Positions 10,788 to 22,023 of a stretch of DNA of 64,000 bases are shown piece after piece. The stretch is from Pirellulales bacterium. Its GTDB lineage: Bacteria; Planctomycetota; Planctomycetia; Pirellulales; Thermoguttaceae. The number at the start of each line of letters is the position of its first letter. Positions within the stretch are counted from its first letter, which is position 1. Location of the stretch: the NCBI GenBank assembly GCA_963713065.1, contig CAVQKP010000018.1, forward strand, positions 95,684 through 159,683, read 5' to 3'. The notes beneath the pieces were generated by a model that was not told the origin of the DNA, searched no databases, and was given only the letters and a program-made list of their open reading frames with translations. The position numbers were made by a program, and so were the translations under genes.

Positions 10788-11771
10788 TTAGCGCGGTTTG
10801 CGTTTCGAAAGTCCTTCGGTGACCGATTTTTTTTTCGTGGCCGGCGTTTCGCGCGGCGACGTTTCACCGGCGACCGGTTTGACCGAGGCCTCGGGGGTGG
10901 ATTTGTGCCTGGATTTTTTGAAAGGTTCGGCCGGTTTTTCGCCAAGCGAAGCTTTTTTCCGCGGCGGGGTTTTTTCGCCTCCCTCGTGTTTTTTCCCCTC
11001 TTTTTTCACTGCCTTTTTTTGATCGCCGGAAGGAGACTTATCCGCTTCCGCGGCGGCCGGTTCCGCGGCTTTTTTCGCGCTCGGCTCCGCCCGCCGCTTC
11101 GGCAGCCGGCCGGCGACCTCGGGGTTGACCTCGAGCAAGATGTTTTTGACGGCGGCGGCGTAGGGATTGGCGATGAAATCGGCGGCGAACTGATGCAACA
11201 GCGAACCGAATTCCACGCCCTTCGATTTCGGAATCGCGCGTTCCAAGCCGGGAACTTCGCCTTTCGCGGCGTCTTTTTCGGAAACCAGATCGAGCAATTT
11301 CAGAATCTTCATCGTGCCTGCATCAATCGGAATGGCATGCCCGCCCAGCGATGCCTGGACCACGAATGCCACCGTGCTCCGCGTAGCGCCGTCGAGGCCA
11401 TCGAGCCACTTGATCGTCGGGCCGAGGTTTTTCTTCTTCGTATCCTCCAGATCGAAATTGAAGCGCGCCTCGAAAACCGCGTGCAGCACGCGCTTGATCC
11501 GGTTGGCCGCCGCGCGGGGGTCGGGCAGGCACGCCATCACTTCGGAAAGTTCCGAAATCGACGTCACGCGCACCTCGTTCCAGTCGAAAAACGTGTGCTT
11601 CAGCGCCGCAAAACCTTCTTCGGCCGCTTCGTAGCGGGCGTCTTCCAGACAACAGGCGAACAACAGGTGCTCCATCACCGTCCGGTCCGGATTCGTCGGC
11701 ACCGGCTTGTAGTGTTTTTTGAGGACCTTGTGCAACTTGCCGAATTGTGCGGTGCGGGTGGCTGTGGTCAT
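10788..11771 (-). CDS. HhH-GPD (endonuclease III-like) fold protein with a C-terminal Lys/Ala/Pro-rich histone H1-like tail
   Basis: 327 aa. The central region (…LLFACCLEDARYEAAEEGF…LPDPRAAANRIKRVLHAVF…IKWLDGLDGATRSTVAFVVQASLG…IDAGTMKIL) follows the EndoIII helix-hairpin-helix layout. The C-terminal 100 aa are KKA/PAE repeats. Confidence 0.5.
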   Translation of the reverse strand: MTTATRTAQFGKLHKVLKKHYKPVPTNPDRTVMEHLLFACCLEDARYEAAEEGFAALKHTFFDWNEVRVTSISELSEVMACLPDPRAAANRIKRVLHAVFEARFNFDLEDTKKKNLGPTIKWLDGLDGATRSTVAFVVQASLGGHAIPIDAGTMKILKLLDLVSEKDAAKGEVPGLERAIPKSKGVEFGSLLHQFAADFIANPYAAAVKNILLEVNPEVAGRLPKRRAEPSAKKAAEPAAAEADKSPSGDQKKAVKKEGKKHEGGEKTPPRKKASLGEKPAEPFKKSRHKSTPEASVKPVAGETSPRETPATKKKSVTEGLSKRKPR

Positions 11772-11853
11772 ATCGTTAAAATATCAAGGGATTGGAGATG
11801 AGGGATTGGAGACGGGAGTTTTCCAGTTCCCGATCCCTGATGCCTGGTTCTGT

Positions 11854-12243
11854 TCATTCCTCAATTTGCTCGCCTTCGTCCGGAGGTTCGCCCGTTTCCG
11901 CCGGCGGGAGCACTTCGCGGAGAATCTTCGCGATTTCTATCGAGTGTTTCACTCCTTGATCGAGAAGGAAGGTGATCTTGGGCGTATAGCGCAGTTCCAA
12001 CTCCCGCGCCAGTTTGGATTGCAGGAAACCCGCCGCGCTCTGCAAACCGCGAAGCGTCAAGTTCTGATGCGTATCGTCGCCCATCACCGAGACGTGAACC
12101 TTGGCGACGCGCAAATCGGAGGAGACCTCGACGAACGTGACCGTTACATCCCGCACGCGGGGATCCTTGATTTCCGCCAGGATCGCCATGCTCACCACCT
12201 GGCGGACGGCTTCGGCGACTTTTTGCACTCGGCGCTGGGACAT
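11854..12243 (-). CDS. rbfA: Ribosome-binding factor A
   Basis: 'MSQRRVQKVAEAVRQVVSMAILAEIKDPRVRDVTVTFVEVSSDLRVAKVHVSVMG...' is canonical RbfA. Gene order rbfA-infB-nusA is conserved. Confidence 0.85.
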   Translation of the reverse strand: MSQRRVQKVAEAVRQVVSMAILAEIKDPRVRDVTVTFVEVSSDLRVAKVHVSVMGDDTHQNLTLRGLQSAAGFLQSKLARELELRYTPKITFLLDQGVKHSIEIAKILREVLPPAETGEPPDEGEQIEE

Positions 12244-12328
12244 TTTTTTAGGATCAAGTGGGAAGGATGAAGGATGGAAGATGGAAGATGCGGCATTCAT
12301 CCTTCATCCTGCGAACTTCCTCCTTCTT

Positions 12329-15202
12329 TTAAAGCGTTCTGGCGACCTCTTCGATGCGGTAGGCTTCGAGAATATCGCCCTCTTTGACGTCGTTGAAGTT
12401 GGCGATTTTCAAGCCGCATTCGAAGCCTTCGCGGACCTCGCGGGCATCGTCCTTTTCGCGTTTCAGCGATTCCAGGCCGTATTCGCCGAGGATCCGGCTC
12501 TCGCGGATGATGCGGACGCGGGCGTCTCGGGCGACGGTGCCCGAAAGCACCCGGCAGCCCGCCACGGTGCCCGTCTTGCTGATGTGAAACGTCCGCAGCA
12601 CCAAGGCGCGGCCCGTATCGCGCTCCAAGCGTTCGGGCCGCAACATGCCTTCCAAGGCGGCTTTCAGATCGTCGGTGACCTGATAGATGATGTCGTAGCG
12701 CCGGACTTGCACGCCCAACTGCTCGGCCAGGGAGCGGGCCTTTTCGTCGGGCACCACGCTGAAGCCGATGATGATCGCGTCGGAAGCGTCGGCCAGGTGG
12801 ACGTCCGCCTCGGTAACGCCGCCCACGGTGGCTTGGAGGACCTTGATCTGCACTTCCGGATTGTCCAACTTGGTGAGTTCCTTGCGGATGGCCTCGATCG
12901 AGCCGCGGACGTCGGCGCGGAGAATGATGTTCAGCGTCTGCACTTCGTTTTCGCGGCCCAGGCGCTCGTACAGATTTTCCAGGGTGATGTGCTCCTTCGT
13001 GCCGGCCAGCGCGGCGGCGCGATTCGGCGAAGCGTTTTTCGGCCAATTCGCGGGCTTTGCTGATGTCGTCGAGCACGTAGAAGCGGTCGCCCGCGCCCGG
13101 CGCCACGTGCAAGCCGGTGACGTTCACGGGCATCGAAGGACCGGCCTCCCGGCGGCGCGCGAAGGGCGCCAAGGTGTCGTTCATCGCCTTGACGCGGCCG
13201 TAAGCCGCGCCGCAAACGATGACGTCGCCCACCCGCAGCGTGCCGTCGCGAACCAGCAATTTCGTGCTCACGCCGCGGTCCTCGTTGATTTCCGCCTCCA
13301 AACAGGTGCCCCGCGCGGCGCGGCGCGGATTCGCCTTGTATTCATGCAGTTCGGCAACCGTGAGCAGCGTCTCGATCAGTTCGTCGATGCCCAGACCGGT
13401 CATCGCGCTGCATTTGACGACTTCCGTCTCGCCGCTCCATTCGCTGGGCAACAACTCGTTGTCGGCCAATTGCTTGTAAACGCGCTCCGGATTGGCGCCG
13501 GGCAAATCCATCTTGTTGAGGGCCACGACGATCGGCACGCCGGCTGCGCGGGCGTGGCTGATGGCTTCTTCGGTTTGCGGCATGACGCCGTCCTCGGCGG
13601 CGACGACCAACACGGCGATGTCGGTGACGTTCGCGCCGCGGCGCGCATTTCGGTGAAGGCTTCATGGCCCGGCGTATCGACGAAAGTGATCGATCGGCCG
13701 TCCTTCTCGACGCAATACGCGCGAATGTGCTGGGTGATTCCTCCCTTTTCCTTGGAAGCCACGTCGATGCCGATGATCCGGTCCAACAGCGAAGTCTTGC
13801 CGTGGTCCACGTGGCCGAGGAAAGTGACGATCGGCGGACGCGCGTCCAGGGTCGAAGGGTCGTCGGACGCGTCCAACTCGGGCAAAAGCTGCTCTTCGAT
13901 GTCCGCTTGATGGTGGAATTTGGCGTTTACTCCCAGATCGGCGGCCAGCAGTTCGGCCATTTCGGCGTCGAGATTCGCGGCGATGTTGGTCATGGTTCCC
14001 ATCTCCAGCAATTTGGCGAGGATCGTGCGCGCGGGCACGCCGAGGGCCTCGGAAAAAGTCCGCACGGTGCAGGGCAACTGCACGGTCACGCTTTCCTTCC
14101 GCGGCGCGGCGGTATTGGCGCCCGTCCGCCTGATGCGCGTTTTTCTCCGCGTAATGACCGAAGCGGGGGAAGCGGCTTCCTCTTCCTCGCCGCCATGACG
14201 GCGTTTGACCGTGGCGGTTTTCTTCCGCTTGAGCTGCCGCTGCTCGCGTCCGCCCATGGCCACCAAACCGTCCTCTTCCTTTTCCGGGAGATCGTCCTTG
14301 GTGACTTTTTTTCGTTCCTTGCCGGCGGGGACCTCGCTGGACGGCGGAGCCAAATCCCGAGAAGGCCCGCCCTTCGTACCGCGACCGCTGGTGGCTCTGC
14401 GTTTTTCCTCGGCTTTTCGCAGATGCTCGGAAAGGGGTTTGCCGCCGGCCTTGCCCGCGCGAATCGCGTCTTTCGGCAGGCGGATGTCCGGTTTTTGCGG
14501 CGCCGGTTCCTTGGACTTCGCCTTCGAGGGCGTTTTGGAAGGGGGGGGCAACGGCGCCAGTTTGATTGACGGCCCGCGATCTCGATCGCGCCGCTCGCGA
14601 TCCCTGGGTTTTTTCTCTTCGCGGCGTTCCTCGCGCAGTTTTCCCAGTTCCGGAGGTCGTGAAGGACGCAACGGAGCTTCCGGCGGCCGCTGCAATTCCG
14701 GCAGCATGGTTTCAGCGGGTGAGGAGGATCCCGCTCTTTTCATTTCCGACGGCATCGCGGGTGACGGCTCCGCGGAGGCATTGCTCTCGGCGTGAGATTC
14801 TTCCCGTGACGGTTCTTGCTCCCCCGCAGGCGCCGTGAGCGGAGGCGTGAGTTCCGCGGTGGATTCCGGCTTCTCCGGCGTTCGCTTTTTGAGAAGGGGG
14901 GGTTTGTCGAGTTTAGAAGCAAGGACGGGGATTTTGCCGCCGCGGCTGCCCGCCGGAGCAATGTAATCTTCGCGCCTCAAGACGCCGGCCGCCGCGCTCT
15001 CGCCCCGCCCGGCATGGGCCGCCGGACCGCTTTTGCCACCCTTGCCCGCATTCATGAAAGATAGGACTTTAGCGTGTTCCTCGTCGCTGAGGCTAGCCAG
15101 CGCAGAGCCTTTCCCCGTGATTCCCGCCTTGGTGCAAATATCGACGAGGATCTTGTTGTCGATCTTCAGTTCTTTGGCTAACGCGTAAATGCGGATTGGC
15201 AA
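12329..15202 (-). CDS. infB: Translation initiation factor IF-2 (two frameshifts)
   Basis: TTG start with SD AGAGGGAG upstream. N-terminal '[27 protein letters not shown]', G-domain '[15 protein letters not shown]...DTPGHEAF', C-terminal '[23 protein letters not shown]...'. Pieces 13400-15202, 12297-13613 and 12329-12943 join after single-base corrections near 13640 and 13020. Confidence 0.9.
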
Positions 15203-15366
15203 CGGGATACTCCCTCTGGCACGGCTTCCGCCGATTTTGTGCGGACGTTCGTAGTTCCGGCTCCAACCGGAAAACGGGCGAAGCTCTGCCCAACGGCGGT
15301 GCTACGAGCCAGCAAACACTCCATGCGGCAACGCCGACCGGGACACTCCGGCGGTGTACCGCGGAA

Positions 15367-16797
15367 TTAAACATTCTTCTCTTCCCCTGCCGGCGGCTCT
15401 TCGGTCGCCGGTTGATCCGGTCCGGCTGTCGCTTCCGCCGGTTGATCCGGTCCGGCTGTCGCTTCCGCCGGTTGATCCGATTCGGCTGTCGCTTCCGCCG
15501 GTTGGTCCGATTCGGCTGTCGCTTCCGCCGGTTTGCCGTTCGACTTGTCGGCGCCGGCCAGATACTCCGGCGTGCCTTCATCGACGTTCTCGGCGGCGGC
15601 CAAACGATCGGCCTCGCGCTGTTTCCTGCGCTGCTCGGCGGCGGCGGCTTCGGCTTCCTCGGCCTTGGCTTCGGCCTGTTCGACGATCCGATCGACCACC
15701 TCTTGCGCGAGACTGCCCATTTCCATCAGGGCGTCGGGCTCGATCACCGACAGGTCATCATAACTCGAAAAGCCTTCGCCCACCAGCTTTTCGGCCAACT
15801 CGGGCTCGACGCCCTCGAGCGACGAGAAGCCCATCACGGCCTGCTCGATCTGCTCGTCCAACTCCTCGCGGGTCATGATCTCGATATCCCAGCCGCAAAG
15901 CTTGCTGGCCAGCCGCACATTCTGTCCCCGACGGCCGATGGCCAGCGACAATTGATCTTCCTGCACCAACACGATCGCGCGGCCCAACATCTGGCAGAGG
16001 ATCACTTCTTCGGTCGTGGCCGGCTGCAGGGCGTTGGGAATCAACACCTGCATGTCCTCGCTCCAACGAACGATGTCGATCCGTTCGCCGCCCAATTCAT
16101 CCACGATATTTTTGATGCGGTTTCCGCGCACGCCGACGCAGGCGCCGACGCAATCGACCCGCTGATCGGTGCTCGCGACGGCGACTTTCGTGCGATACCC
16201 CGGCTCGCGGGAGATGGCGCGGATTTCGATGACGCTCTCGGCGATTTCGGGAATCTCTTGCTCGAACAAACGTTGCACCAGGTGCGGCTTGGTGCGGCTT
16301 AAAATCACTCGCACGCGGCTGCCCTGCTTCTTGACTTCATAAACGGTTGCCCGCACGCGCTCGTTGGCATGGTGGGTTTCGCCGGGGATTTGCTCGCTTT
16401 TGGGTAAAATCGCCTCGACATTTCCCAAAGCCACGGTTGCCGCCCCCCCCTCATAACGCTGCACCACGCCCGTAATCAGTTGACCGATCTGTTCCACGTA
16501 TTCATTATACAACTGGTCGCGTTCGGCCTCACGGATCTTCTGGATCATCACCTGCTTGGCGGTCTGCGCACCAATGCGTTCGACCATCTCCGCGGGATCC
16601 ATCGGTTCGCCGTTCAACGAACCGCTGATCTTCCCGTCTTGGCGGTCGATCTTCACGGTAATCTCGGCTTGTTCTCCGTAGTGCTTCTTGGCGGCGGAAA
16701 TAATCGCCGCTTCGATCCCCTCGAAGACAATTTCCTTGTTGATATTTTTTTCGCGATGAATCGCATCCACGATGCGAAGGATTTCTTTGGAATCCAT
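15367..16797 (-). CDS. nusA: Transcription termination/antitermination factor NusA with a repetitive acidic C-terminal extension
   Basis: 476 aa: S1, KH and AR domains, then a C-terminal '[10 protein letters not shown]' x4 repeat region. Confidence 0.9.
   Translation of the reverse strand: MDSKEILRIVDAIHREKNINKEIVFEGIEAAIISAAKKHYGEQAEITVKIDRQDGKISGSLNGEPMDPAEMVERIGAQTAKQVMIQKIREAERDQLYNEYVEQIGQLITGVVQRYEGGAATVALGNVEAILPKSEQIPGETHHANERVRATVYEVKKQGSRVRVILSRTKPHLVQRLFEQEIPEIAESVIEIRAISREPGYRTKVAVASTDQRVDCVGACVGVRGNRIKNIVDELGGERIDIVRWSEDMQVLIPNALQPATTEEVILCQMLGRAIVLVQEDQLSLAIGRRGQNVRLASKLCGWDIEIMTREELDEQIEQAVMGFSSLEGVEPELAEKLVGEGFSSYDDLSVIEPDALMEMGSLAQEVVDRIVEQAEAKAEEAEAAAAEQRRKQREADRLAAAENVDEGTPEYLAGADKSNGKPAEATAESDQPAEATAESDQPAEATAGPDQPAEATAGPDQPATEEPPAGEEKNV
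15407..15526. repeat. 4 x 30-bp tandem direct repeat (GCCGGTTGATCCGGTCCGGCTGTCGCTTCC) inside the 3' end of nusA
   Basis: Read directly from the sequence; encodes the [20 protein letters not shown] repeats. Confidence 0.8.
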
Positions 16798-17220
16798 CGG
16801 TCCTCACTTTCCAGCAAACCTGGCATTTCGTCCTGGCATGTCCGTTGCCGAGGGACGTCCATTCTCTCTATCCACCTACACGCCAAGCACTTACGCTGTG
16901 ACAACAACACCCCGCTCCGCGGCTCGGCCAGCTTGCCGTGATGCCGCAAATTCTTATGACCGTGTAACTTAGCGGTTCGGTAATCCGGTAAGCATACCGA
17001 GAGAATTATGGGGTGTCAAGCCGGAGGGGTGGGCCGCCAACACCATTATCTCTATTTTACCCCATTCTTTCGCTGCCAAAAAACCACCAATTATTATGGT
17101 ACGGCACCACCTGCATCGAGCCGCCGAAGCAAATAATTGACCACGATGGTTTCAGCCGTTATCCTGAATCGTCCCTCTCAACATCCTCCCGGCAAGCCAT
17201 CCAGTGTAGGAGAACGGCTG

Positions 17221-20200
17221 ATGCGAAATTTAAAAAACAAACTAGGTTGGTGCTCATTCGCCCTTGGACTGGCAATCGCCGGCCTTGCTTTTGCCGGTAA
17301 TGAAGATTTGGAACGTACTTTCCAGACGCCGCCGGCTGCCGCCCGACCTTGGGTGTACTGGTGGTGGTTGAATAGCAACGTGACGCGCGAGGGGATTACA
17401 CGGGATTTGGAAGAGATGCATCGGCAGGGCATCCAGGGAGTATTGATTTTCAATGCCGGCGGCGGCGATACGCCCGCGGGACCAAAATTCCTCAGCCCCG
17501 AGTGGAACGCGCTTTTCGAATTCGCCTTAAGCGAATTGTCGCGGCTCGGCATGGAGGCCGGCGTGAACCTCTGCGACGGTTGGGATGCCGGCGGTCCCTG
17601 GATTCCCGCCGAGGCGGCGAACAAAAAGCTGACTTATTCGGAAACGCAAATCGACGCACCGGGGGCGGGCATGACCGAGCTGCCGCTTCCGCCCACGCTG
17701 GATAACTTCTATCACGACGTTGCCGTCTTGGCCATTCGTGAAAAAGGGACCAAGCCCGTGCAACCGGCGGAGATTCGTGCCTGTCCCACGGTGGGTGGCT
17801 ACTGCGACGAAAAGAATTGGCCGCCGGCCGACACCGCCGACGGCGATCCGAACACCGTATGGCGATCCGCCCACGCCCCAGCCCCCGCGCCACCGGCGTG
17901 GATCGATTTTATCTACAGCGAGCCGTTGGCCGCCTCGGCGATTTATTTAATCGGGGCCAAGGACGCCGGTCCGCAGCAATGCGCACTGCAAACGTCCGAC
18001 GACGGTGTGAATTTCACTACCCTGCCCGTCACCTGGACGATGGCCAAAGGCGAATCGAAGCGGGTCGAATTTCCCGAAGTCAAAGCGAAGGTGTTCCGTC
18101 TCGTCATTCAATCATCCCATGCACCGGACGTGCGGCTGGCGGAAATGCAAATCCTCCGCAAGGGCGACGAACCGGCCGTGCGGCCGGGCATCAAGTGGTG
18201 GCAATTCAAGTCGGGCAACCGCGGCTTTTGGGATTGGCCGAAAGCCGGCCCCGCCGTGATGGAAGAAGAATATCCGCAGGACGGCACGGCCGACTGCCAA
18301 AGCAAGGAAGTCGTCGATCTGACTTCCAAAATGGACAAGGACGGCAAGCTTTCTTGGCAAGTTCCCGAAGGACGCTGGACGATTTTACGGTTCGGCTACA
18401 CGCTCGTCGGGCAGCGCACGCGCTGTTCGTCGGGCGGATCGGCCAACGTGATCGGCTATGAAGCCGACATGCTCGATCCGTTGGGCATCGAGACCCATTT
18501 CAAGCACTGTGGCGAGCCGCTTTTGGCCGCGGCCGGCGAATATGCGGGCAAAACCCTGAAATATTTGCACATCGATAGTTATGAAGTCGGGGCGGATATT
18601 CAAGGCCAGCAACCGACGTGGTCGGCGAAGTTTTTAGAAGAGTTCCGCACGCGCCGCGGCTACGATCCCCTGCCCTACCTGCCGGCGATGGCCCGGCGGA
18701 TCGTCGATAACCGCGAGAAGACCGACCGCTTCTTGTGGGACATCCGCATGACGATCAGCGATTTGATGTGCGATTGCTTCTTCAAACGCTTTGCCGATCT
18801 TGCCCACGGGCACGGCGTGAGCATGCAATGCGAGACCGGCTACGGCACTTATCCGCATCCGCAGTTCGATGGCCTCCGCGCCGCCGGCCAGGGCGACGTC
18901 ACGATGGGCGAGTTCTGGTACGGGACCGATATCATGTCGCAGTTCTATCCGTTCTGCAACGTGATCCGCTCGGTCGCCTCGCCGGCGCATATTTATGGAA
19001 AGAAAATCATCCAGGCCGAGTCGTTCACCGCCTGGTCGCATTTCCTCGAATATCCCTCCGCGCTGAAACCGCTAGGTGACGAAGCTTTTTGCGACGGATT
19101 GAATCGGATCGTGTTCCATCAATGGACACATCAGCCGAACGACGACATGCCCGGCTATCAGTACGGCGCGGGCACGCACATCGACCGGCATCTCACCTGG
19201 TGGAACATGTCGCAGCCGTTTTTGACGTATCTCACCCGCTGCCAATATATCCTCCAAAGCGGCCGCTTCCACGCAGACGTGTGTTATCTCAACGCCGAAG
19301 GAAGCTCACACTATGTGCCCAGCAAAAAGTATCTCAAGCCGGCACTGCCGCCGGGATATAACTTCGATTGCATCAATGCGGATGTGTTGTTGAATCGAAT
19401 GACGCGTCAAGGATGGAATCAATTAGTCTTGCCTGACGGCATGGAATACATCCGCCTGATGCTACTGCCCGTAGGCAGACATCATGTCGCCCAAAGTGCT
19501 GAAGAAAATTAAACAACTTATCGAAGACGGGGGCAACAGTGCTAGGCGAAAAGCCGCTTCATACGCCGGGCTTAACCAACTGGCCCGAATTCGCGATAAG
19601 ACAGTTAAAAAATATCGCCGACACTATTTGTGGGATAAAAATCCGGAGCGAAGAGGCAACATGACGATTGTATGGTATTGGAAAAGGGGGATTGGTTTGG
19701 GGATGCATCCTGGTGAAGCATTGAAATTCGATCAACAGCGCCACAAGATTTCGAGACGCCAAACAACAACGAAGGTTTCGAGTTCATTCATCGTATTATC
19801 GAGGACAAGGATTTGTATTTCGTCACCAATCAAACTAATGAAACGAAACACGGGGATTTTCTCTTCCGCGTTACGGATAAACAGCCCGAATTATGGGATC
19901 CCGTGACGGGCGTTATCCGCGATTTGCCCGAATTCTCGCAAGCTGATGAGGATCGCGTGAAAGTTCCCATGACATTCGCTCCGCATCAGAGTTTTTTCGT
20001 AGTATTTCAAAAATCAGTTGATTCCTCCTCTCCGCGAAGTAAAGAAGGATCAAATTTTCCCGAAATCGAGAAATCCGCTGAAATCGCCGGTCCTTGGACG
20101 GTCGCGTTTGATCCAAAATGGGGTGGCCCGGAAAAAGTCATGTTTGAAAAGCTCGACGATTGGTCCAAGCGGCCTGAGGAGGGAATCAGGTATTACAGCG

Positions 20201-20542
20201 GGACGGCAATCTATAAAAAATCGTTCGATCTCGAAGAAGCGGCGATTGCCGATAAGGATAAAAAGCCGTTGTATCTCGATCTGGGCACGGTCAATTATCT
20301 CGCCCGCGTTCAACTGAACGGAAAGGATCTCGGCGTGGTTTGGACCGCGCCGTGGCGGGTCGATATTTCCGGCGCAGTGAAAGCGAAGGGGAACGAACTG
20401 GAGATCGAAGTGGCCAACACCTGGTTGAACCGGATGGTCGGCGACGCCAATTCGCCGGCGGAAAAACGGCTGGCGAAAACCAATATCCACTATCCGCCCA
20501 ACCAACCGCTCATGCCGTCCGGATTGCTCGGCCCGGTGACCA
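17221..20542 (+). CDS. Large secreted glycoside hydrolase, GH106-like (alpha-L-rhamnosidase family) with a discoidin-like insert; multiple frameshifts at 19.4-19.8 kb
   Basis: Signal peptide 'MRNLKNKLGWCSFALGLAIAGLAFA'. 'PWVYWWWLNSNVTREGITRDLEEM' and the overall layout resemble the GH106 family. The C-terminal part (19813-20540: 'YFVTNQTNETKHGDFLFRVTDKQPELWDP...LLGPVTM') continues the same protein after at least 3 indels. Family assignment is from memory, not a search. Confidence 0.55.
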
Positions 20543-21827
20543 TGCAGAAACAAAGCACGGAGACTGCCGCGCTGCACGTCGAGCTTCCCAAAGAGGTTCG
20601 CCCCCTGCCGGAACCTTTGCCGTCAGGCCAAACGAAGCCGGGCTTTGCGATTCGCGGCACGAAAGGCTGGAACTGGACCTCGGAGCAATATCTCGCCGAA
20701 ATTCCCGTCTTGGCCCGGTACAAGATGAACTTCCTGATGAACTGCTACACCTCGATGTTTTCTTCCGCGCGAATTTCCCCTTCGTGAACGAGTGGTGGAA
20801 GCCCTTGCCGGACGCAAAGCAGGAAGCCTACGCAAAGGTCATCCGCGCTTGCCGCGAGAACGGCATCGACTTCTGCTTCGCAGTCCACTCGCAACTCTCC
20901 TCGTCGCGGCCGCTCAAGCCCACGAGCGCGGAAGACATCGACCTCTATTATCAACACTATGCCTCGGCGCAAAGCCAGGGCGTGAGATGGTTCAGCATCT
21001 CGCTTGACGACGTGAGTTGGGGCGACAAAGGGCCGGCGGTCGGCGGCGCGGATCATGCCAAGCTGGTGAATACGATTTTCACCCGCCTGCGAGCGAAAGA
21101 CCCCGAGGCGCAGATGATCTTTTGTCCCGTCCCTTACTGGGGCGACGGCACGCAACCCGACCATCGGGCGTACCTCGAAGCGCTGGCGAAAGACCTTCAT
21201 CCCGACGTTTATGTCTTTTGGACCGGCGATTCGGTGGTCGCGCCGCACATCACGCGCAAGGCCGCTGAAAGTTATAAAAGCATCGTCAAGCACCGGCTGT
21301 TTCTATGGGATAATTATCCGGTGAACGATCACGCGGCGACAATGCATCTGGGGCCCGTCGTGGGCCGCGATCCGGACTTGTGCGAAGTCATCGACGGGTA
21401 CATGAGCAATCCGCTGTGTCCGCAGAATCAAATCAATCGTATCCCGATGTTGACCTGCGCGGATTATGCCTACAATCCGAAAGGCTATGATCCCGATCGG
21501 TCGATCGGCCAGGCGATCGCGCATCTGGCGGTGACCGACGCGCAGCGTAACGCTTTGCGGGATTTGGTCGAGGCCTATCCCGGTATGATCCGGCTGGGAA
21601 GCCAAAGCACGGCACTCAATCCGGTTCTCGAACGAATGCAGAAATTTCTCGCGGGCGGCGAAAACGACGCGGCCCGCGAGCACCTGCGCCGCATGGAAGA
21701 CCTCGCCGCCCGGTTCGACGCCGCGTTTCCCGGTCAATTCGCCGACGCCAAGAAGACGCTGCGAGGCAATCTCGAAGCGATGAAGTCGGAACTCAAGAAA
21801 TCGGAAGACGACAAAGCCCGGAAATAA
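20543..21827 (+). CDS. GH84-like beta-N-acetylglucosaminidase (NAGidase/hyaluronidase-like) catalytic domain protein; in-frame with the upstream GH106-like gene, so either a fusion or an unresolved boundary
   Basis: 'IRGTKGWNWTSEQYLAEIPVLARYKMNFLMNCYTSMF', 'FWTGDSVV', 'LWDNYPVNDH' match GH84 signature segments. One frameshift at the T4 run near 20755. Confidence 0.6.
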
Positions 21828-22023
21828 GTGCGACTTGATTCTGCGTGAGTGAGATTGGCCCCCCCATTACAAAATTCCCATCACTGCCGCGCGTTGGCAG
21901 CGTTCCTTCAGCAGACGATCATACGCTCGAGAATGTCTGCGGCGCGCACTTCGTTCCGCATTTCACTCTTCGGCTGACCGATATGGTTCCAATACAATTA
22001 AACGTTCCGGGAGGCGATGCTCG

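Noticed and set aside
15407-15526. Regular 30-bp direct repeats, considered as a possible CRISPR array.
   Set aside because: The repeats are contiguous with no spacers. They are in-frame coding sequence of nusA ([10 protein letters not shown] x4). No cas genes are present.
16798-17136. 340-bp gap upstream of nusA, checked for rimP, a tRNA or an ncRNA (GGTTCGG..., ...GCCGCCAACACCA).
   Set aside because: No cloverleaf can be folded (no matching acceptor/T-arm pairing) and there is no ORF resembling RimP. Left as a divergent promoter region.
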